The translations under genes were made by a program, and so were the position numbers. The notes under the pieces are model-generated. The model worked only from the letters and a program-made list of their open reading frames with translations, was not told where the DNA came from and made no database searches. Of a DNA stretch of 64,000 nucleotides, positions 46,713 through 57,478 are shown in pieces. Source of the stretch: a bacterium (GTDB lineage: Bacteria; Zhuqueibacterota; Zhuqueibacteria; Residuimicrobiales; Krinioviventaceae). Position 1 is the stretch's first letter, and each line of letters starts with the position of its first letter. Where the stretch lies: contig OY843751.1 in the NCBI GenBank assembly GCA_963693055.1, positions 2,080,001 through 2,144,000 of the forward strand, in the 5' to 3' direction.

Positions 46713-47050
46713 ACCACCTCTATACTTAAAATGTGTAATTCATTTCCATGTGTTACCTGAATCTCATATGATTGACAATGGGGACAGCTAAAAACAAATT
46801 CTTCCAAAGTGAACGATTTGTTGCATTGAAGACAAGTACCCTGTATGGGGATGATATTAATTACGAGTTTGGAATTTTCTAACGGAGAGTTTTGAATTAT
46901 TCCTTCATAAGCGGATTGCAACAGTTCCGGAACAACTGCTGACATTTGGCCAATTTGCAAATGTACTATAGTAAGCTGCTTACCCGGATGGTCGCTCATA
47001 ATCTTGCTGACGATATCAAGAATTGCGTATGCCATACTTGTTTCGTGCAT
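46709..47050 (-). CDS. hypA: Nickel metallochaperone HypA
   Basis: MHE N-terminus; CLQC and CPHC; G.EL.I..IEV. Confidence 0.96.
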   Translation of the reverse strand: MHETSMAYAILDIVSKIMSDHPGKQLTIVHLQIGQMSAVVPELLQSAYEGIIQNSPLENSKLVINIIPIQGTCLQCNKSFTLEEFVFSCPHCQSYEIQVTHGNELHILSIEVV

Positions 47051-47212
47051 AGTCGTATCTCTGGGCTTTTTGCGAGTAAAGAATAACGGCAGCAGGAATA
47101 TCCATTAACCGAAGAGGAGTAAGAGAGAATGTGAGTCGCAGCAACGCTGCCTATCTAAAGAAATCGAATCAAAATCAAATAGTCAACAAAAAAATGAAAA
47201 AATACCAGTTAA

Positions 47213-47764
47213 TCAGTTGGATTTTTTAACTTTTTGTATCATTCTCATGAGGAAAATTACGGTGCCGATTAAAAACAAAATGGCACCTGTACCTGTTGCT
47301 AGATAATCGGTGTATGATGGCCCCGTTCGAATGAGTGATATTTCAGGATTTTCAGGATTATGGTGAATAGTGATTTCTTTGCCGGGGTGATAGAGTTTAA
47401 CCAATTTTTCTGCAGCGTCTAATCGGTTCATTCTTCCGCCAAATCCGGGAACATGCAAATCCGTCATACCGCTGTATTTTTCACCATTAATATAATAATG
47501 GTAATGTAGCAATGGGCGAAAAGCACGGTCACCAACAACCTGGGAACTGTCAATTTGTCCTGTTGTAATTGGCCATGACCGTTTTGAAAATGCTTTTTCC
47601 AGAGCAGGGCAATATGCGTAAAATAAACTCCCACCAACCAGAATCAGAATCACTGCAATAATGAAAATATTACGATGAATGGCGGGACGTTGTTCGGGTT
47701 TGGCTAAAATAGCAATTATCAGTGATAAAAAAAATAATATGGTCAAAACATTTATCGATTGCAT
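47213..47764 (-). CDS. DUF3592-like membrane protein
   Basis: Transmembrane helices flanking SWP.TTG.I.SS, Y.Y.ING..Y and G..ITIHHNP.NP..S. Confidence 0.65.
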   Translation of the reverse strand: MQSINVLTILFFLSLIIAILAKPEQRPAIHRNIFIIAVILILVGGSLFYAYCPALEKAFSKRSWPITTGQIDSSQVVGDRAFRPLLHYHYYINGEKYSGMTDLHVPGFGGRMNRLDAAEKLVKLYHPGKEITIHHNPENPEISLIRTGPSYTDYLATGTGAILFLIGTVIFLMRMIQKVKKSN

Positions 47765-47888
47765 AAACAGTCCATAAAAATAAGAAATATTCAGACTTTA
47801 TATAGGGTTATCATTGTAGAAAAATTAGTCATTTCTAATTCAACATTATCGAACAACGCATTATTTCTTGAAAAATTTTGGATTTTGG

Positions 47889-47917
47889 TTGCTTTTATGC
47901 TTTGTACGAAATATATT
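47889..47917 (+). promoter_or_regulatory. Putative sigma70 promoter of the respiratory supercluster
   Basis: TTGCTT-17 bp-TATATT, 35 nt upstream of the heme O synthase start. Confidence 0.5.
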
Positions 47918-47952
47918 AAAACAGGGGTATAATAAAATACAATGGTTTACGA

Positions 47953-48825
47953 ATGATAAGAACGATTGCGGATTATATAAAACTTACTAAACCCAGGATC
48001 ATGATTCTGATTATATTATCCGGTTTCACTGCATTAGTAATGGAAAAAAGCATGCTGGCAGAACCCGGGCGCATCATTCTGGCTTTATTTGCATTATATT
48101 TAACGGGTGGGGCAGCAAATGCTCTGAATAATTATTTTGAAAGAGAGATCGATGCGAAAATGGAGCGTACTCGCCAAAAACGCCCATTACCGCAAAAACG
48201 AATTGATGAAAACAAGGCATTGGTCTTTGCTATTGTTATTGGTTTAACCGGTGTTTTAATATTAGGGTTCTTTTTCAATTGGTTAAGTGCTGGGTTGTCT
48301 CTTACTACTATATTGTTTTACAGTCTTTTTTATACACTAATTTTAAAACCGGGTACACCCCAGAATATTGTGATTGGCGGGGCCGCCGGAGCAATGGCAC
48401 CGGTAGGTATGTGGGCTGCAGCCAGCGGTAGTTTAGAGATAACACCCTGGACCCTGTTTTTGATTATCTTTTTCTGGAGCCCGCCTCACTTTTGGGCTTT
48501 GGCAGTTAATTATAAAGATGACTATAAAAAAGCCGGTTATCCCATGCTTCCGGTTGTAAAAGGCGACACTGTAGCGTTGAAGCAAATTTTTATATTTACT
48601 ATTATTCTTTTTTTTACGAGTTTAACTCCTTATCTTTTTAAAGCAAATTTATTGTATCTGGTTGCTGCTTTGTTGCTGGGTGCAATTTTTATTTATCGAT
48701 CGTACGTTGCTATGAAAAAACAGGAAACGCGAAAGGTATGGGCGGTATTTGGTTATTCAATAATATACCTTTTTGCTTTGTTTATTGCTATTATTGTAGA
48801 TAGTATATTTCCTTTCCATATATAA
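47953..48825 (+). CDS. ctaB: Protoheme IX farnesyltransferase (heme O synthase)
   Basis: LTKPRI, N.YFERE.D..MERT..RP, NIVIGG.AGA, WSPPHFWAL, DY..AG.PMLPV. Confidence 0.96.
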   Translation: MIRTIADYIKLTKPRIMILIILSGFTALVMEKSMLAEPGRIILALFALYLTGGAANALNNYFEREIDAKMERTRQKRPLPQKRIDENKALVFAIVIGLTGVLILGFFFNWLSAGLSLTTILFYSLFYTLILKPGTPQNIVIGGAAGAMAPVGMWAAASGSLEITPWTLFLIIFFWSPPHFWALAVNYKDDYKKAGYPMLPVVKGDTVALKQIFIFTIILFFTSLTPYLFKANLLYLVAALLLGAIFIYRSYVAMKKQETRKVWAVFGYSIIYLFALFIAIIVDSIFPFHI

Positions 48826-48862
48826 TTACACGTTTGGTATAACTAACTGAAGGACTGGACTA

Positions 48863-49510
48863 TTGGCACAGATTTTTCCTCAGTGGACGAACAAAACCCC
48901 GGTTATCATAATCATGTTGGCCTTTGTTTCGTTGGTTGCTATCGTTGGATTCTTTTGGTACTTTGGATCTCCCAAGTATACAGATGTTGGCTATCGTCCT
49001 AAACAGCCGGTTGATTACAGCCACAAGCTGCATGCGGGTGATTTGGGTATCGATTGTCGCTATTGTCATTGGGCGGTTGAAGAATCCCGTTTTTCAAATA
49101 TACCCTCTACTCAAACTTGTATGAATTGTCATCAGCTCATATTGCCCGAAAGCGAAAAACTATTACCGGTTCGGGAAAGCTTTGGTACAGACACTGCCAT
49201 TGAATGGGTGCGGGTCCATATGCTGCCAGACTATGCATATTTTGACCACAGTGCTCATGTTAATGCCGGTGTTGCATGTCAGTCTTGCCATGGTAATGTG
49301 GCGCAAATGGATGTCGTTACCCAGGTTGAACCCTTGAGTATGGGATGGTGTTTGGATTGTCATCGTAATCCTGCGCCGAGTATAAGACCGCTGGATCAGG
49401 TAACAAACATGAACTGGACCCCATCCGAAAATCAGCTCGAGCTGGCACACCAGTTTATTAAAGAACACAACATTAATCCGCCCGTAGATTGTTCAGGATG
49501 TCATCGGTAA
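48863..49510 (+). CDS. actA: Alternative complex III pentaheme cytochrome c subunit
   Basis: TTG start; N-terminal TM helix; five CxxCH motifs (CRYCH, CMNCH, CQSCH, CLDCH, CSGCH); P.QPV.YSH..H. Confidence 0.92.
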   Translation: MAQIFPQWTNKTPVIIIMLAFVSLVAIVGFFWYFGSPKYTDVGYRPKQPVDYSHKLHAGDLGIDCRYCHWAVEESRFSNIPSTQTCMNCHQLILPESEKLLPVRESFGTDTAIEWVRVHMLPDYAYFDHSAHVNAGVACQSCHGNVAQMDVVTQVEPLSMGWCLDCHRNPAPSIRPLDQVTNMNWTPSENQLELAHQFIKEHNINPPVDCSGCHR

Positions 49511-49515
49511 AAATT

Positions 49516-52494
49516 ATGGATAATAAAAACAATACGTATTGGAAAAGTTTGGAACAACTGGATAATAGTCCAGAGTATCAAAGGTTTTTGGAAAACGAAT
49601 TTCCGGAACAAGCTGCTGAAATGAATGATCCGGTATCGAGAAGGACCTTTTTGAATTTGATGGGTGCTTCTGCTGCCTTTGCAGGTCTAGCTGCATGCAG
49701 TAAACCAGTTGAAAAGATTGTACCCTATGTTAAACCTCCGGAAGAGGTCATTCCCGGTGTTGCAGAGTATTTTGCTACAACAATGCCCATGGGAACCTCT
49801 CCGTTGGGTTTGCTTGTTAAATCCACTGATGGAAGACCCATCAAGATCGAGGGGAATCCTTTACATCCTGCAAGCAAGGGTGGCACTCATGTATTTGCTC
49901 AGGCTGAATTGCTAAACATGTATGATCCTGATCGCTCCAAAGATGTTATGAATTCAGGTAAAAAAAGTACCTGGGGTGATTTCATCAACGCATGGCGAGA
50001 ACTGTACCCGTCTTTTGTTGCGAATGGTGGTAAAGGATTAGCATTAATCAGTACTTCGTCAGCTTCTCCATCCATTGCACGATTGGCAGAAACATTTAAA
50101 AAGAAATTTCCTCAAGCTCTGTGGTTTGTTTATGATTCGGCAGGAGATGATTGTCGGATTGCTGAAAGCAAAGCTCTTTTCGGTAAATCTACAATGCCGG
50201 TCTATAATCTGGAAAAAGCGGATGTCATATTATCTCTCGATTCAGACTTGTTGATGCTTGAACCCAATAACGCCCGGCATGCAAGGGATTTTGCTTCAAG
50301 GCGCAATCTGGTGTTAGCTGATGATAATTTGAACCGGTTGTATGTTGTAGAAGGTGATCATTCGGTAACCGGTGCAAATGCTGATCACCGACTGCAGGTT
50401 AAGACATCGCAGATTGGTGCTTTTGCTGTAGCACTGGCAAAAGTGTTAAAGTCATTAGGATCAAACATTAATATAAGTTTGCCAGAAATAGATGAACATG
50501 CATTTGACAGTGAATGGATTAATGCAGTTGCCAAAGATCTTTTACATCACAAGGGTGCAAGTTTGGTTACGGCAGGAAAATCTCAGCCTGCAAATGTTCA
50601 TTCCCTTGTTTATGCGATCAATGATGCTTTGAGAAATATTGGCAACACCCTTGAATTTTATCCTCTGACAGACCAGCTGGTATCTAAAGCCAGTGAACTG
50701 GCTGATTTTTCCAAAGCTTGTAAATCGAAACAAATAGATACTGTTGTAATGTTTGGCGGGAATCCGGTTTATAACGCTCCGGTAGATACTGACTTTGAAA
50801 ATTGTATCAAATCCGTTAAACATTCAATTCATGTGTCATTATATAATGATGAAACATCACAAACATGCGAGTGGCACATACCTGAAGCGCATTTTCTGGA
50901 ATCGTGGGGAGATGCGGTAACTTTTGATGGATATCGTTCAATTGTGCAGCCACTCATTCTGCCCTTGTACAATGGGCATAGTGAGTTAGAAGTATTAAAT
51001 TTTGTTGTCAATGGTTTGGACGAAAAGGGTTACGATATTGTGCGTAAAACCTGGAGTGATATCCTTCCCGGTTCACAATTTGAAATGCAGTGGGATAAAG
51101 TTTTGCATGATGGAGTTTACGACAAGAAATCTGACACCGTCTCTGTTTCTATCAATACAAACAACTTGCAAAAAGGTTTAAAAGAGCTAGTCTCAAACAA
51201 ATCCGGTTTAAACAATGATTTGCAATTGTTGTTACAGGTTTCTCCAACAATTTATGATGGCCGTTATGCAAACAATGGGTGGATGCAGGAGCTTCCGCAC
51301 CCCATGATTAAAATTACGTGGGACAATCCACTGCAAATTTCACCGGCCCTGGCCAAAAAAATGAAATTAAAAAATGGAGATGTTGTCAATCTCTCCGTGC
51401 ATGATAAATCTGTCGAACTGCCAGTCTGGATTGTTCCCGGGCTTGAAACAAATACTCTGGTGGTAACATTAGGGTATGGACGTAAAGCCACGGGTAGAGT
51501 ATCTAAAGGTGTAGGAGTAGATGTGAATCCGCTCCGAACATTGGCAGGGTTTAATTTAGCTCAAGATATCAAGCTGGAAAAGACAGGTAAATCTCAATCA
51601 CTTGCAAATACCCAGGACCATGGCAGTATGGAGGGTAGACCACTGGTAAGAGAAGCAAATCTTGAAGAATATAAAGCCAATCCTGAATTTGCAACTGATA
51701 TGGTTGAACACCCCCCCCTGAAAAATTTGTGGAAAGACCACAAATATGATACGGGATACCAGTGGGGAATGATTATTGATTTGAACAAATGTACCGGTTG
51801 TAACACCTGTGTTATAGCCTGTCAAAGTGAAAACAATATACCTATTGTTGGTAAAAAACAAGTGGGTAATGGTCGTGAAATGCACTGGATAAGACTGGAC
51901 CGTTATTTTAACGGAGATCCTGAGAATCCCAAAGTTGTTAATCAGCCGGTAACCTGTCATCATTGTAAAAATGCACCTTGTGAACAGGTTTGCCCGGTTG
52001 CTGCAACCGTGCATGATAAAGAAGGTTTAAATTTAATGACCTATAACCGCTGTGTAGGGACCCGTTATTGCTCAAATAACTGCCCCTACAAAGTCAGACG
52101 ATTTAATTTCTTCAACTATCACAAAAAAATGGAAGATCAGGACAAGCTTATGCAAAATCCGGATGTAACCGTACGTTCTCGCGGTGTGATGGAAAAATGC
52201 ACTTTCTGTCTGCAGCGAATCAATGCTGCAAAACATACTGCCAAGAAGGAGGGACGTACCCTTGCTCCCAATGAAGTCAAAACTGCATGCCAACAAGCTT
52301 GTCCTGCTGACGCCATTTCTTTTGGTAATATACTGGATCCCGAAAGTAAAGTGTCTAAATTGCGGGATAATCCACGTGCGTATGCTATGCTGGGTGAGTT
52401 GAACAACAGACCCCGTTTAATGTATCTGGCAAAAGTGAGAAATCCGAATCCTGAATTGATTAAAAGTGAACCAAACGATAAACATCATGGATAA
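49516..52494 (+). CDS. actB: Alternative complex III subunit B (Tat lipoprotein; molybdopterin oxidoreductase-like plus Fe-S domain)
   Basis: YWKSLEQL..EFP, SRRTFL Tat motif, LAAC lipobox, GRPIKIEGNP.HP; CTGCNTCVIAC, CHHC..APC..VCP, CVGTRYCSNNCP, CTFC...CQQACP. Confidence 0.94.
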   Translation: MDNKNNTYWKSLEQLDNSPEYQRFLENEFPEQAAEMNDPVSRRTFLNLMGASAAFAGLAACSKPVEKIVPYVKPPEEVIPGVAEYFATTMPMGTSPLGLLVKSTDGRPIKIEGNPLHPASKGGTHVFAQAELLNMYDPDRSKDVMNSGKKSTWGDFINAWRELYPSFVANGGKGLALISTSSASPSIARLAETFKKKFPQALWFVYDSAGDDCRIAESKALFGKSTMPVYNLEKADVILSLDSDLLMLEPNNARHARDFASRRNLVLADDNLNRLYVVEGDHSVTGANADHRLQVKTSQIGAFAVALAKVLKSLGSNINISLPEIDEHAFDSEWINAVAKDLLHHKGASLVTAGKSQPANVHSLVYAINDALRNIGNTLEFYPLTDQLVSKASELADFSKACKSKQIDTVVMFGGNPVYNAPVDTDFENCIKSVKHSIHVSLYNDETSQTCEWHIPEAHFLESWGDAVTFDGYRSIVQPLILPLYNGHSELEVLNFVVNGLDEKGYDIVRKTWSDILPGSQFEMQWDKVLHDGVYDKKSDTVSVSINTNNLQKGLKELVSNKSGLNNDLQLLLQVSPTIYDGRYANNGWMQELPHPMIKITWDNPLQISPALAKKMKLKNGDVVNLSVHDKSVELPVWIVPGLETNTLVVTLGYGRKATGRVSKGVGVDVNPLRTLAGFNLAQDIKLEKTGKSQSLANTQDHGSMEGRPLVREANLEEYKANPEFATDMVEHPPLKNLWKDHKYDTGYQWGMIIDLNKCTGCNTCVIACQSENNIPIVGKKQVGNGREMHWIRLDRYFNGDPENPKVVNQPVTCHHCKNAPCEQVCPVAATVHDKEGLNLMTYNRCVGTRYCSNNCPYKVRRFNFFNYHKKMEDQDKLMQNPDVTVRSRGVMEKCTFCLQRINAAKHTAKKEGRTLAPNEVKTACQQACPADAISFGNILDPESKVSKLRDNPRAYAMLGELNNRPRLMYLAKVRNPNPELIKSEPNDKHHG

Positions 52495-52512
52495 ATTTAA
52501 GGATACGATTAA

Positions 52513-53895
52513 GTGAGCGAAATCGTTGAAAACCAAGCTGTTAAAAGCGAACCATTAATTTTAAACAATCCTACATTTTCCAGTATTACAAATGATGTAA
52601 GCGGACTTGTAGAATCAAAAGCCCCCATGCCCTGGTACCTGCTGCTGGCAATGTCAGGCTCCTTAGCCTTGATGATGTTTGGCATGATAGGTTACCTTTT
52701 TGTTGAAGGTATTGGTATCTGGGGAGTTAATATTCCTGTTGGTTGGGGATGGGCTATTATTAATTTTGTCTTCTGGGTAGGTATTGGACATGCAGGAACA
52801 TTGATCTCTGCAATTTTGTTTCTACTCAGGCAAAAATGGCGTACATCTATAAACCGTTTTGCCGAAGGTATGACAATTTTTGCTGTCATTTGTGCTTTGA
52901 TCTTTCCAGGTATCCATGTGGGACGTATCTGGGTGGTTTACTGGCTTTTTCCCATTCCGAACCAGATGTCAATGTGGCCCAATTTCCGCAGCCCCTTGTT
53001 GTGGGATGTGTTTGCGGTTTTTACCTACTTTTTGGTATCGCTAATGTTCTGGTACATGGGCCTCATACCTGATCTTGCAACGCTGCGTGACAGAGCTACA
53101 TCCAAAATTAAGCGAGCATTGTATGGTTTTTTTGCATTGGGCTGGCGTGGCGCAAACCGTCAATGGAAACATTACGAGATGGCATATCTGCTTTTAGCAG
53201 GGCTTTCCACTCCGCTTGTTCTTTCCGTGCATAGTGTTGTGAGTACCGACTTTGCAACCAGTCAGTTACCCGGATGGCATACAACTATATTCCCACCGTA
53301 TTTTGTTGCGGGTGCTGTGTTTTCTGGTTTTGCTATGGTAACAACGTTGAGTATCATTGTACGCAAGGTTTACAAGATAGAACATATTATTACGGTAAAC
53401 CATCTCGAAAAAATGGCCAAAGTAATGATGGCTACCGGTATGATGGTGGGTTTTGCATATCTTACAGAGTTTTTTATTGCGTGGTATAGCGGCAATGGGT
53501 ATGAATTATTCACATTCATCAATCGTGCTTTGGGTCCTTATGCCTGGGGTTACTGGACCATGATATCCTGTAATGTTCTGGTTCCTCAATTTTTTTGGTT
53601 TAAAAAGTTGAGAAGGAGCGTTCCAGTTCTTTTGGTTGCTACAATTTTTATAAATATTGGTATGTGGTTTGAAAGATTTGTGATTGTGGTTTCTTCATTG
53701 TCGCAAGATTTTCTGCCATCCAGTTGGGATTATTATAAACCTTCTATTTTTGATATCGGTACCTTTGTGGGCTCGTTTGGTTTATTTTTTACGTTGTTTT
53801 TACTGTTTATCAAGTTTTTACCCATAATTGCAATGTCTGAAGTTAAAGGTGTGCTGCCGCAGGCTGATCCACACCATAAACAACATCATGATTAA
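52513..53895 (+). CDS. actC: Alternative complex III quinol-binding NrfD/PsrC-family subunit
   Basis: GTG start; [55 protein letters not shown]. Confidence 0.95.
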   Translation: MSEIVENQAVKSEPLILNNPTFSSITNDVSGLVESKAPMPWYLLLAMSGSLALMMFGMIGYLFVEGIGIWGVNIPVGWGWAIINFVFWVGIGHAGTLISAILFLLRQKWRTSINRFAEGMTIFAVICALIFPGIHVGRIWVVYWLFPIPNQMSMWPNFRSPLLWDVFAVFTYFLVSLMFWYMGLIPDLATLRDRATSKIKRALYGFFALGWRGANRQWKHYEMAYLLLAGLSTPLVLSVHSVVSTDFATSQLPGWHTTIFPPYFVAGAVFSGFAMVTTLSIIVRKVYKIEHIITVNHLEKMAKVMMATGMMVGFAYLTEFFIAWYSGNGYELFTFINRALGPYAWGYWTMISCNVLVPQFFWFKKLRRSVPVLLVATIFINIGMWFERFVIVVSSLSQDFLPSSWDYYKPSIFDIGTFVGSFGLFFTLFLLFIKFLPIIAMSEVKGVLPQADPHHKQHHD

Positions 53896-53914
53896 TAATA
53901 AAGGTTTGACTGAA

Positions 53915-54454
53915 ATGTCGGAACAATCTAAACCTGCTCTGCTTTTAGCTGAATTTAAAGATCCTGCCGAATTACTGCACGCTGCAGAAAAAGTCAGAGA
54001 GGCAGGCTATACTCAATTTGATTGTCATTCACCATTTCCAATCCATGGTATGGATGCAGCGATGGGATTAAAACGTTCTCCATTGGGATGGATTGTAGGC
54101 ATAATGGCACTAACAGGAGCCGGTTTGGGAATGCTGCTGCAATGGTGGACGAGTACTGAAGCGTATCCTTTAGTAATTTCCGGTAAACCCTTTTTCAGTT
54201 ATCAAGCGTTTATACCGGTTACTTTTGGCCTGGCTGTCCTTTTTGGTGCGGTTACCGCGTTGTTGGGTATGCTGTTTTTAAACAGGTTGCCCAAACCGTA
54301 TCATCCGTTATTTTACTCGGAAAATTTTCAGCGTGTTACAGATGATGCATTTTTCATCAGTATAGAGTGTAATGATCCCCGGTTCAGTGAAGCAGAAACC
54401 GGATCCTTTTTAAAAAGTATTGGCGGTACATCTATAGAAATACTGCCGGAATAA
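53915..54454 (+). CDS. actD: Alternative complex III subunit D (DUF3341)
   Basis: LAEF....L..AA..VR..GY, SPFPIHG.D.A.G, GKP.FS..AFIPVTF. Confidence 0.9.
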   Translation: MSEQSKPALLLAEFKDPAELLHAAEKVREAGYTQFDCHSPFPIHGMDAAMGLKRSPLGWIVGIMALTGAGLGMLLQWWTSTEAYPLVISGKPFFSYQAFIPVTFGLAVLFGAVTALLGMLFLNRLPKPYHPLFYSENFQRVTDDAFFISIECNDPRFSEAETGSFLKSIGGTSIEILPE

Positions 54455-54479
54455 CAGACCCTCATACTACGAGTGACTT

Positions 54480-55094
54480 ATGTATAAAAAGAATCATACT
54501 CTAATTTATATTGTACTTTTTACAACAGTTATTGTGTTAGGTGGTTGTCAGGGGCGCCCGAAACAAAAACCGCCCGTGCACCCCATTCTGGATATGGATT
54601 TTCAACCCAAATATGAATACCAGGAAAAAAGTCGGTTTTTTGATGACGGTATATCCATGCGCCAACCTATCCCCGGAACTGTTGCACGCGGCAAGTTGCA
54701 TGATGATATTGCCTACAATACAGGTAAAAACCAGGATGGTTCATTGGTTGAAAAAAGCCCGGTACCAGTCACCTTTACCGGACTTGAACGTGGAAGAGAG
54801 AGGTTTGATATTTATTGTTCACCCTGTCATAGCAAGATTGGTGATGGTAAGGGTATTCTGGTAAATCGTGGTTATATACCACCTCCATCTTTTCATACAG
54901 ATGTAATCAGAAACTATGCTGATGGTCATATCTTTGATGTTATAAGTCATGGTATCCGCAATATGCCCTCTTATGGGCATCAGGTGCCTGTAAAAGACCG
55001 GTGGCTGATAGTAAATTATATACGCGCTTTGCAGCGCAGTCAAAATGCAAACATTGATGATGTGCCCGTAGAAATGCGAGACAAGATTAAATAA
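54480..55094 (+). CDS. actE: Alternative complex III monoheme cytochrome c lipoprotein
   Basis: Lipobox LGGC; DM..QPK; GTVARG; CSPCH; G.RNMPSY; DRW.IV.YIRALQ. Confidence 0.92.
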   Translation: MYKKNHTLIYIVLFTTVIVLGGCQGRPKQKPPVHPILDMDFQPKYEYQEKSRFFDDGISMRQPIPGTVARGKLHDDIAYNTGKNQDGSLVEKSPVPVTFTGLERGRERFDIYCSPCHSKIGDGKGILVNRGYIPPPSFHTDVIRNYADGHIFDVISHGIRNMPSYGHQVPVKDRWLIVNYIRALQRSQNANIDDVPVEMRDKIK

Positions 55095-55114
55095 AAAAAA
55101 CAGGATTTCAATCT

Positions 55115-56299
55115 ATGGAATTCAAACAACAGAGTTTTACGCTGAACGGTACCGGATTAGCCGAAAGATTAGCGTTTATAATTGGCGGGATTAGTATTGC
55201 ATTGTCTGCAGTAGCCTTTTGGGTTGATCCCGGTCAGTTTTACTTTTCATGGCTGGTTGCCTTTGTCTTTTGGACCAGTATTGCACTGGGTGGATTGTTT
55301 TTTACATTGATTCATCATTTGACCGGCGCTACTTGGAGTGTGGTTGTTCGTCGATTTTTTGAAGTTTTAATGACCAATATGCCTTTTTTACTTCTTATGG
55401 CAATACCTGTATTCCTGGGTATGCACGAGTTGTATCACTGGAGCCACGCTGATGCTGTCTCGCATGATCATTTGCTGCAACACAAAGCAGCATTTTTGAA
55501 TGTTCCTTTTTTTATCATCAGGACTTTGATTTATTTTGCAGTATGGATTGTTTTGACCACCCTGTTATACAGAATTTCGTTAAAGCAGGATGATGGTGCT
55601 TCATCTTTGATAATCAAAAAATTAAATAAAGTAAGTGCTCCTGGTGTTATTCTGTTTGCTTTTACAACGGCTTTTGCTGCTTTTGACTGGTTGATGAGTC
55701 TTGACCCGCATTGGTATTCAACAATCTTTGGTGTTTATTATTTTGCAGGTAGCGTAATGGCTGTTATGGCAGTACTCATCCTCATTGTTATGTATTTTAG
55801 AAAAAATGGTATTTTAACTGATGTTATTACACCTGAACATGATCATGACTTTGGCAAACTCTTGTTTACCTATATGGTGTTTTGGGCGTATATGGCTTTT
55901 TCTCAATATTTTTTAATCTGGTATGCCAATATACCTGAAGAAACTGTTTGGTTCATTCACAGATGGGAAGGATCATGGAAGCTAGCCAGTCAACTTTTAG
56001 TGTTGGGGCATTTTGTTGTACCCTTTTTAATATTAATGATCCGTGCTTCTAAACGAAGCAATTTGATACTTTCATTCATGGCTATCTGGTTATTGTTTAT
56101 GCACTGGCTTGATATGTATTGGTTAGCTGTACCTACATTGCATCCCCATGGTATGCAACTATCGTGGATCGATCTGGCAACCATGTTGGGAATTGGTGGT
56201 CTTTATATGGGATTGTTCTTTTATCGCTTGCGCAAGCATGCCATTTTGCCCATTGGAGATCCTAAATTAAATGATTCAATACATATGGTAAATCAATAG
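55115..56299 (+). CDS. actF: Alternative complex III subunit F (ActC paralog)
   Basis: W.VVVRR..E, LYHW, DWLMSLDPHWYSTIFG, DFGKL, FSQYFLIWYANIPEE. Confidence 0.93.
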   Translation: MEFKQQSFTLNGTGLAERLAFIIGGISIALSAVAFWVDPGQFYFSWLVAFVFWTSIALGGLFFTLIHHLTGATWSVVVRRFFEVLMTNMPFLLLMAIPVFLGMHELYHWSHADAVSHDHLLQHKAAFLNVPFFIIRTLIYFAVWIVLTTLLYRISLKQDDGASSLIIKKLNKVSAPGVILFAFTTAFAAFDWLMSLDPHWYSTIFGVYYFAGSVMAVMAVLILIVMYFRKNGILTDVITPEHDHDFGKLLFTYMVFWAYMAFSQYFLIWYANIPEETVWFIHRWEGSWKLASQLLVLGHFVVPFLILMIRASKRSNLILSFMAIWLLFMHWLDMYWLAVPTLHPHGMQLSWIDLATMLGIGGLYMGLFFYRLRKHAILPIGDPKLNDSIHMVNQ

Positions 56300-56311
56300 G
56301 AGCGCAAGGTA

Positions 56312-56650
56312 ATGTCTGAGCAGGAAAAAAACGGCATGACAGCTGAATATGAAACCTCTGATGTGAATATTAGGAATGTCTTTGTAACCGCCTTTGTTAT
56401 ACTGGTTGTTGTTGTTGTTGTTATTGTCGTGATGAATGAAATGTTCATATCATCAAAGGAAGAGCAGATTTATCAGTCGGTGTTGAGCATAGAATCACCG
56501 GAATTACGAGATCTGCACGCCCGGGAAGCCAGTACATTAAATTCGTACAAAATTCTGGATGCTGAAAAGGGTATCTATCAGATTCCCATTGAGCGTGCCA
56601 TGAAGTTAGAGGCTGAAGAGGCGTTTCAAAAGCAAATCAAAGATGGATAA
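56312..56650 (+). CDS. Small single-TM ACIII-associated protein (ActG-like)
   Basis: YETSDVN + TM helix + C-terminal G.YQIPIERAM; sits right after actF. Confidence 0.65.
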   Translation: MSEQEKNGMTAEYETSDVNIRNVFVTAFVILVVVVVVIVVMNEMFISSKEEQIYQSVLSIESPELRDLHAREASTLNSYKILDAEKGIYQIPIERAMKLEAEEAFQKQIKDG

Positions 56651-57465
56651 TGTGTAATAGATTTAAAGTTGTTTTTCTGTTTTCCTTATTGTTGTCAACC
56701 ATGATATTCGGACAGGTTGCTAATTACTCTCCCCCTGAACTGCAAAAAATTAATATAACCGAACATTCCGGCGAACAAATTCCTCTGGACCTTGAATTTA
56801 CTAATGATCTTGGTGATACCGTCAAATTGGCAAACTATTTCAACCAAGGCAAACCTGTTATTCTCATTTTGGCTTATTACAATTGCCCCATGTTGTGCAG
56901 TTTAGTTCTGAATGGGACTTCAGAAGTTGCTAAAGCTGTATCTTTGAATCCGGGGGAGGATTATACAATTTTAACTATAAGTATAGATCCATCAGAAACC
57001 TATCAGCTCGCAGCAGCAAAGAAAAAGAATTATGTTGCTTCACTTGGTGATAAGGCCAATGCAGATGGATGGATCTTTTTCGCCAGCCGTGAAGATCAGG
57101 TGAAAACATTGGCAGATGCTTTGGGCTTTGACTATTATTATGATAAAGAAAAAGAACAATATGCGCATCCGGCTGTTTTACATATTTTGACTGATAAAGG
57201 TATCATTTCAAGATACCTTTATGGTATTGAATTCAAACCCAATGACTATAAAATAAGTCTTTTAGAAGCATCACAGGGAAAAATTGGAAATTCTTTGGAC
57301 AAAATTTTGTTATACTGTTTTCATTATGATCCCGAATCAAAGGGATATGTGGTAATGGCCAGTAATGTGATGCGGCTCGGAGGCGTTGCAACGGTTATCA
57401 TATTGGGGCTGTTTTTAGGTCTGCTTTGGACCAACAAGCGATTGGGAAAAGAAAAAAATATATAG
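56650..57465 (+). CDS. SCO1/SenC family copper chaperone with C-terminal TM helix
   Basis: YYNCPMLC, TISIDP, QYAHPA, RYLYG. Confidence 0.88.
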   Translation: MCNRFKVVFLFSLLLSTMIFGQVANYSPPELQKINITEHSGEQIPLDLEFTNDLGDTVKLANYFNQGKPVILILAYYNCPMLCSLVLNGTSEVAKAVSLNPGEDYTILTISIDPSETYQLAAAKKKNYVASLGDKANADGWIFFASREDQVKTLADALGFDYYYDKEKEQYAHPAVLHILTDKGIISRYLYGIEFKPNDYKISLLEASQGKIGNSLDKILLYCFHYDPESKGYVVMASNVMRLGGVATVIILGLFLGLLWTNKRLGKEKNI

Positions 57466-57478
57466 GTGTTGATAAAAA

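Noticed and set aside
51711-51718. C8 homopolymer in actB as a phase-variation site
   Set aside because: Short run explained by His-Pro-Pro-Leu codons in an intact respiratory gene; no further evidence
56405-56422. (GTT)6 microsatellite
   Set aside because: In-frame trinucleotide run encoding poly-Val of a TM helix; it cannot cause frameshift phase variation
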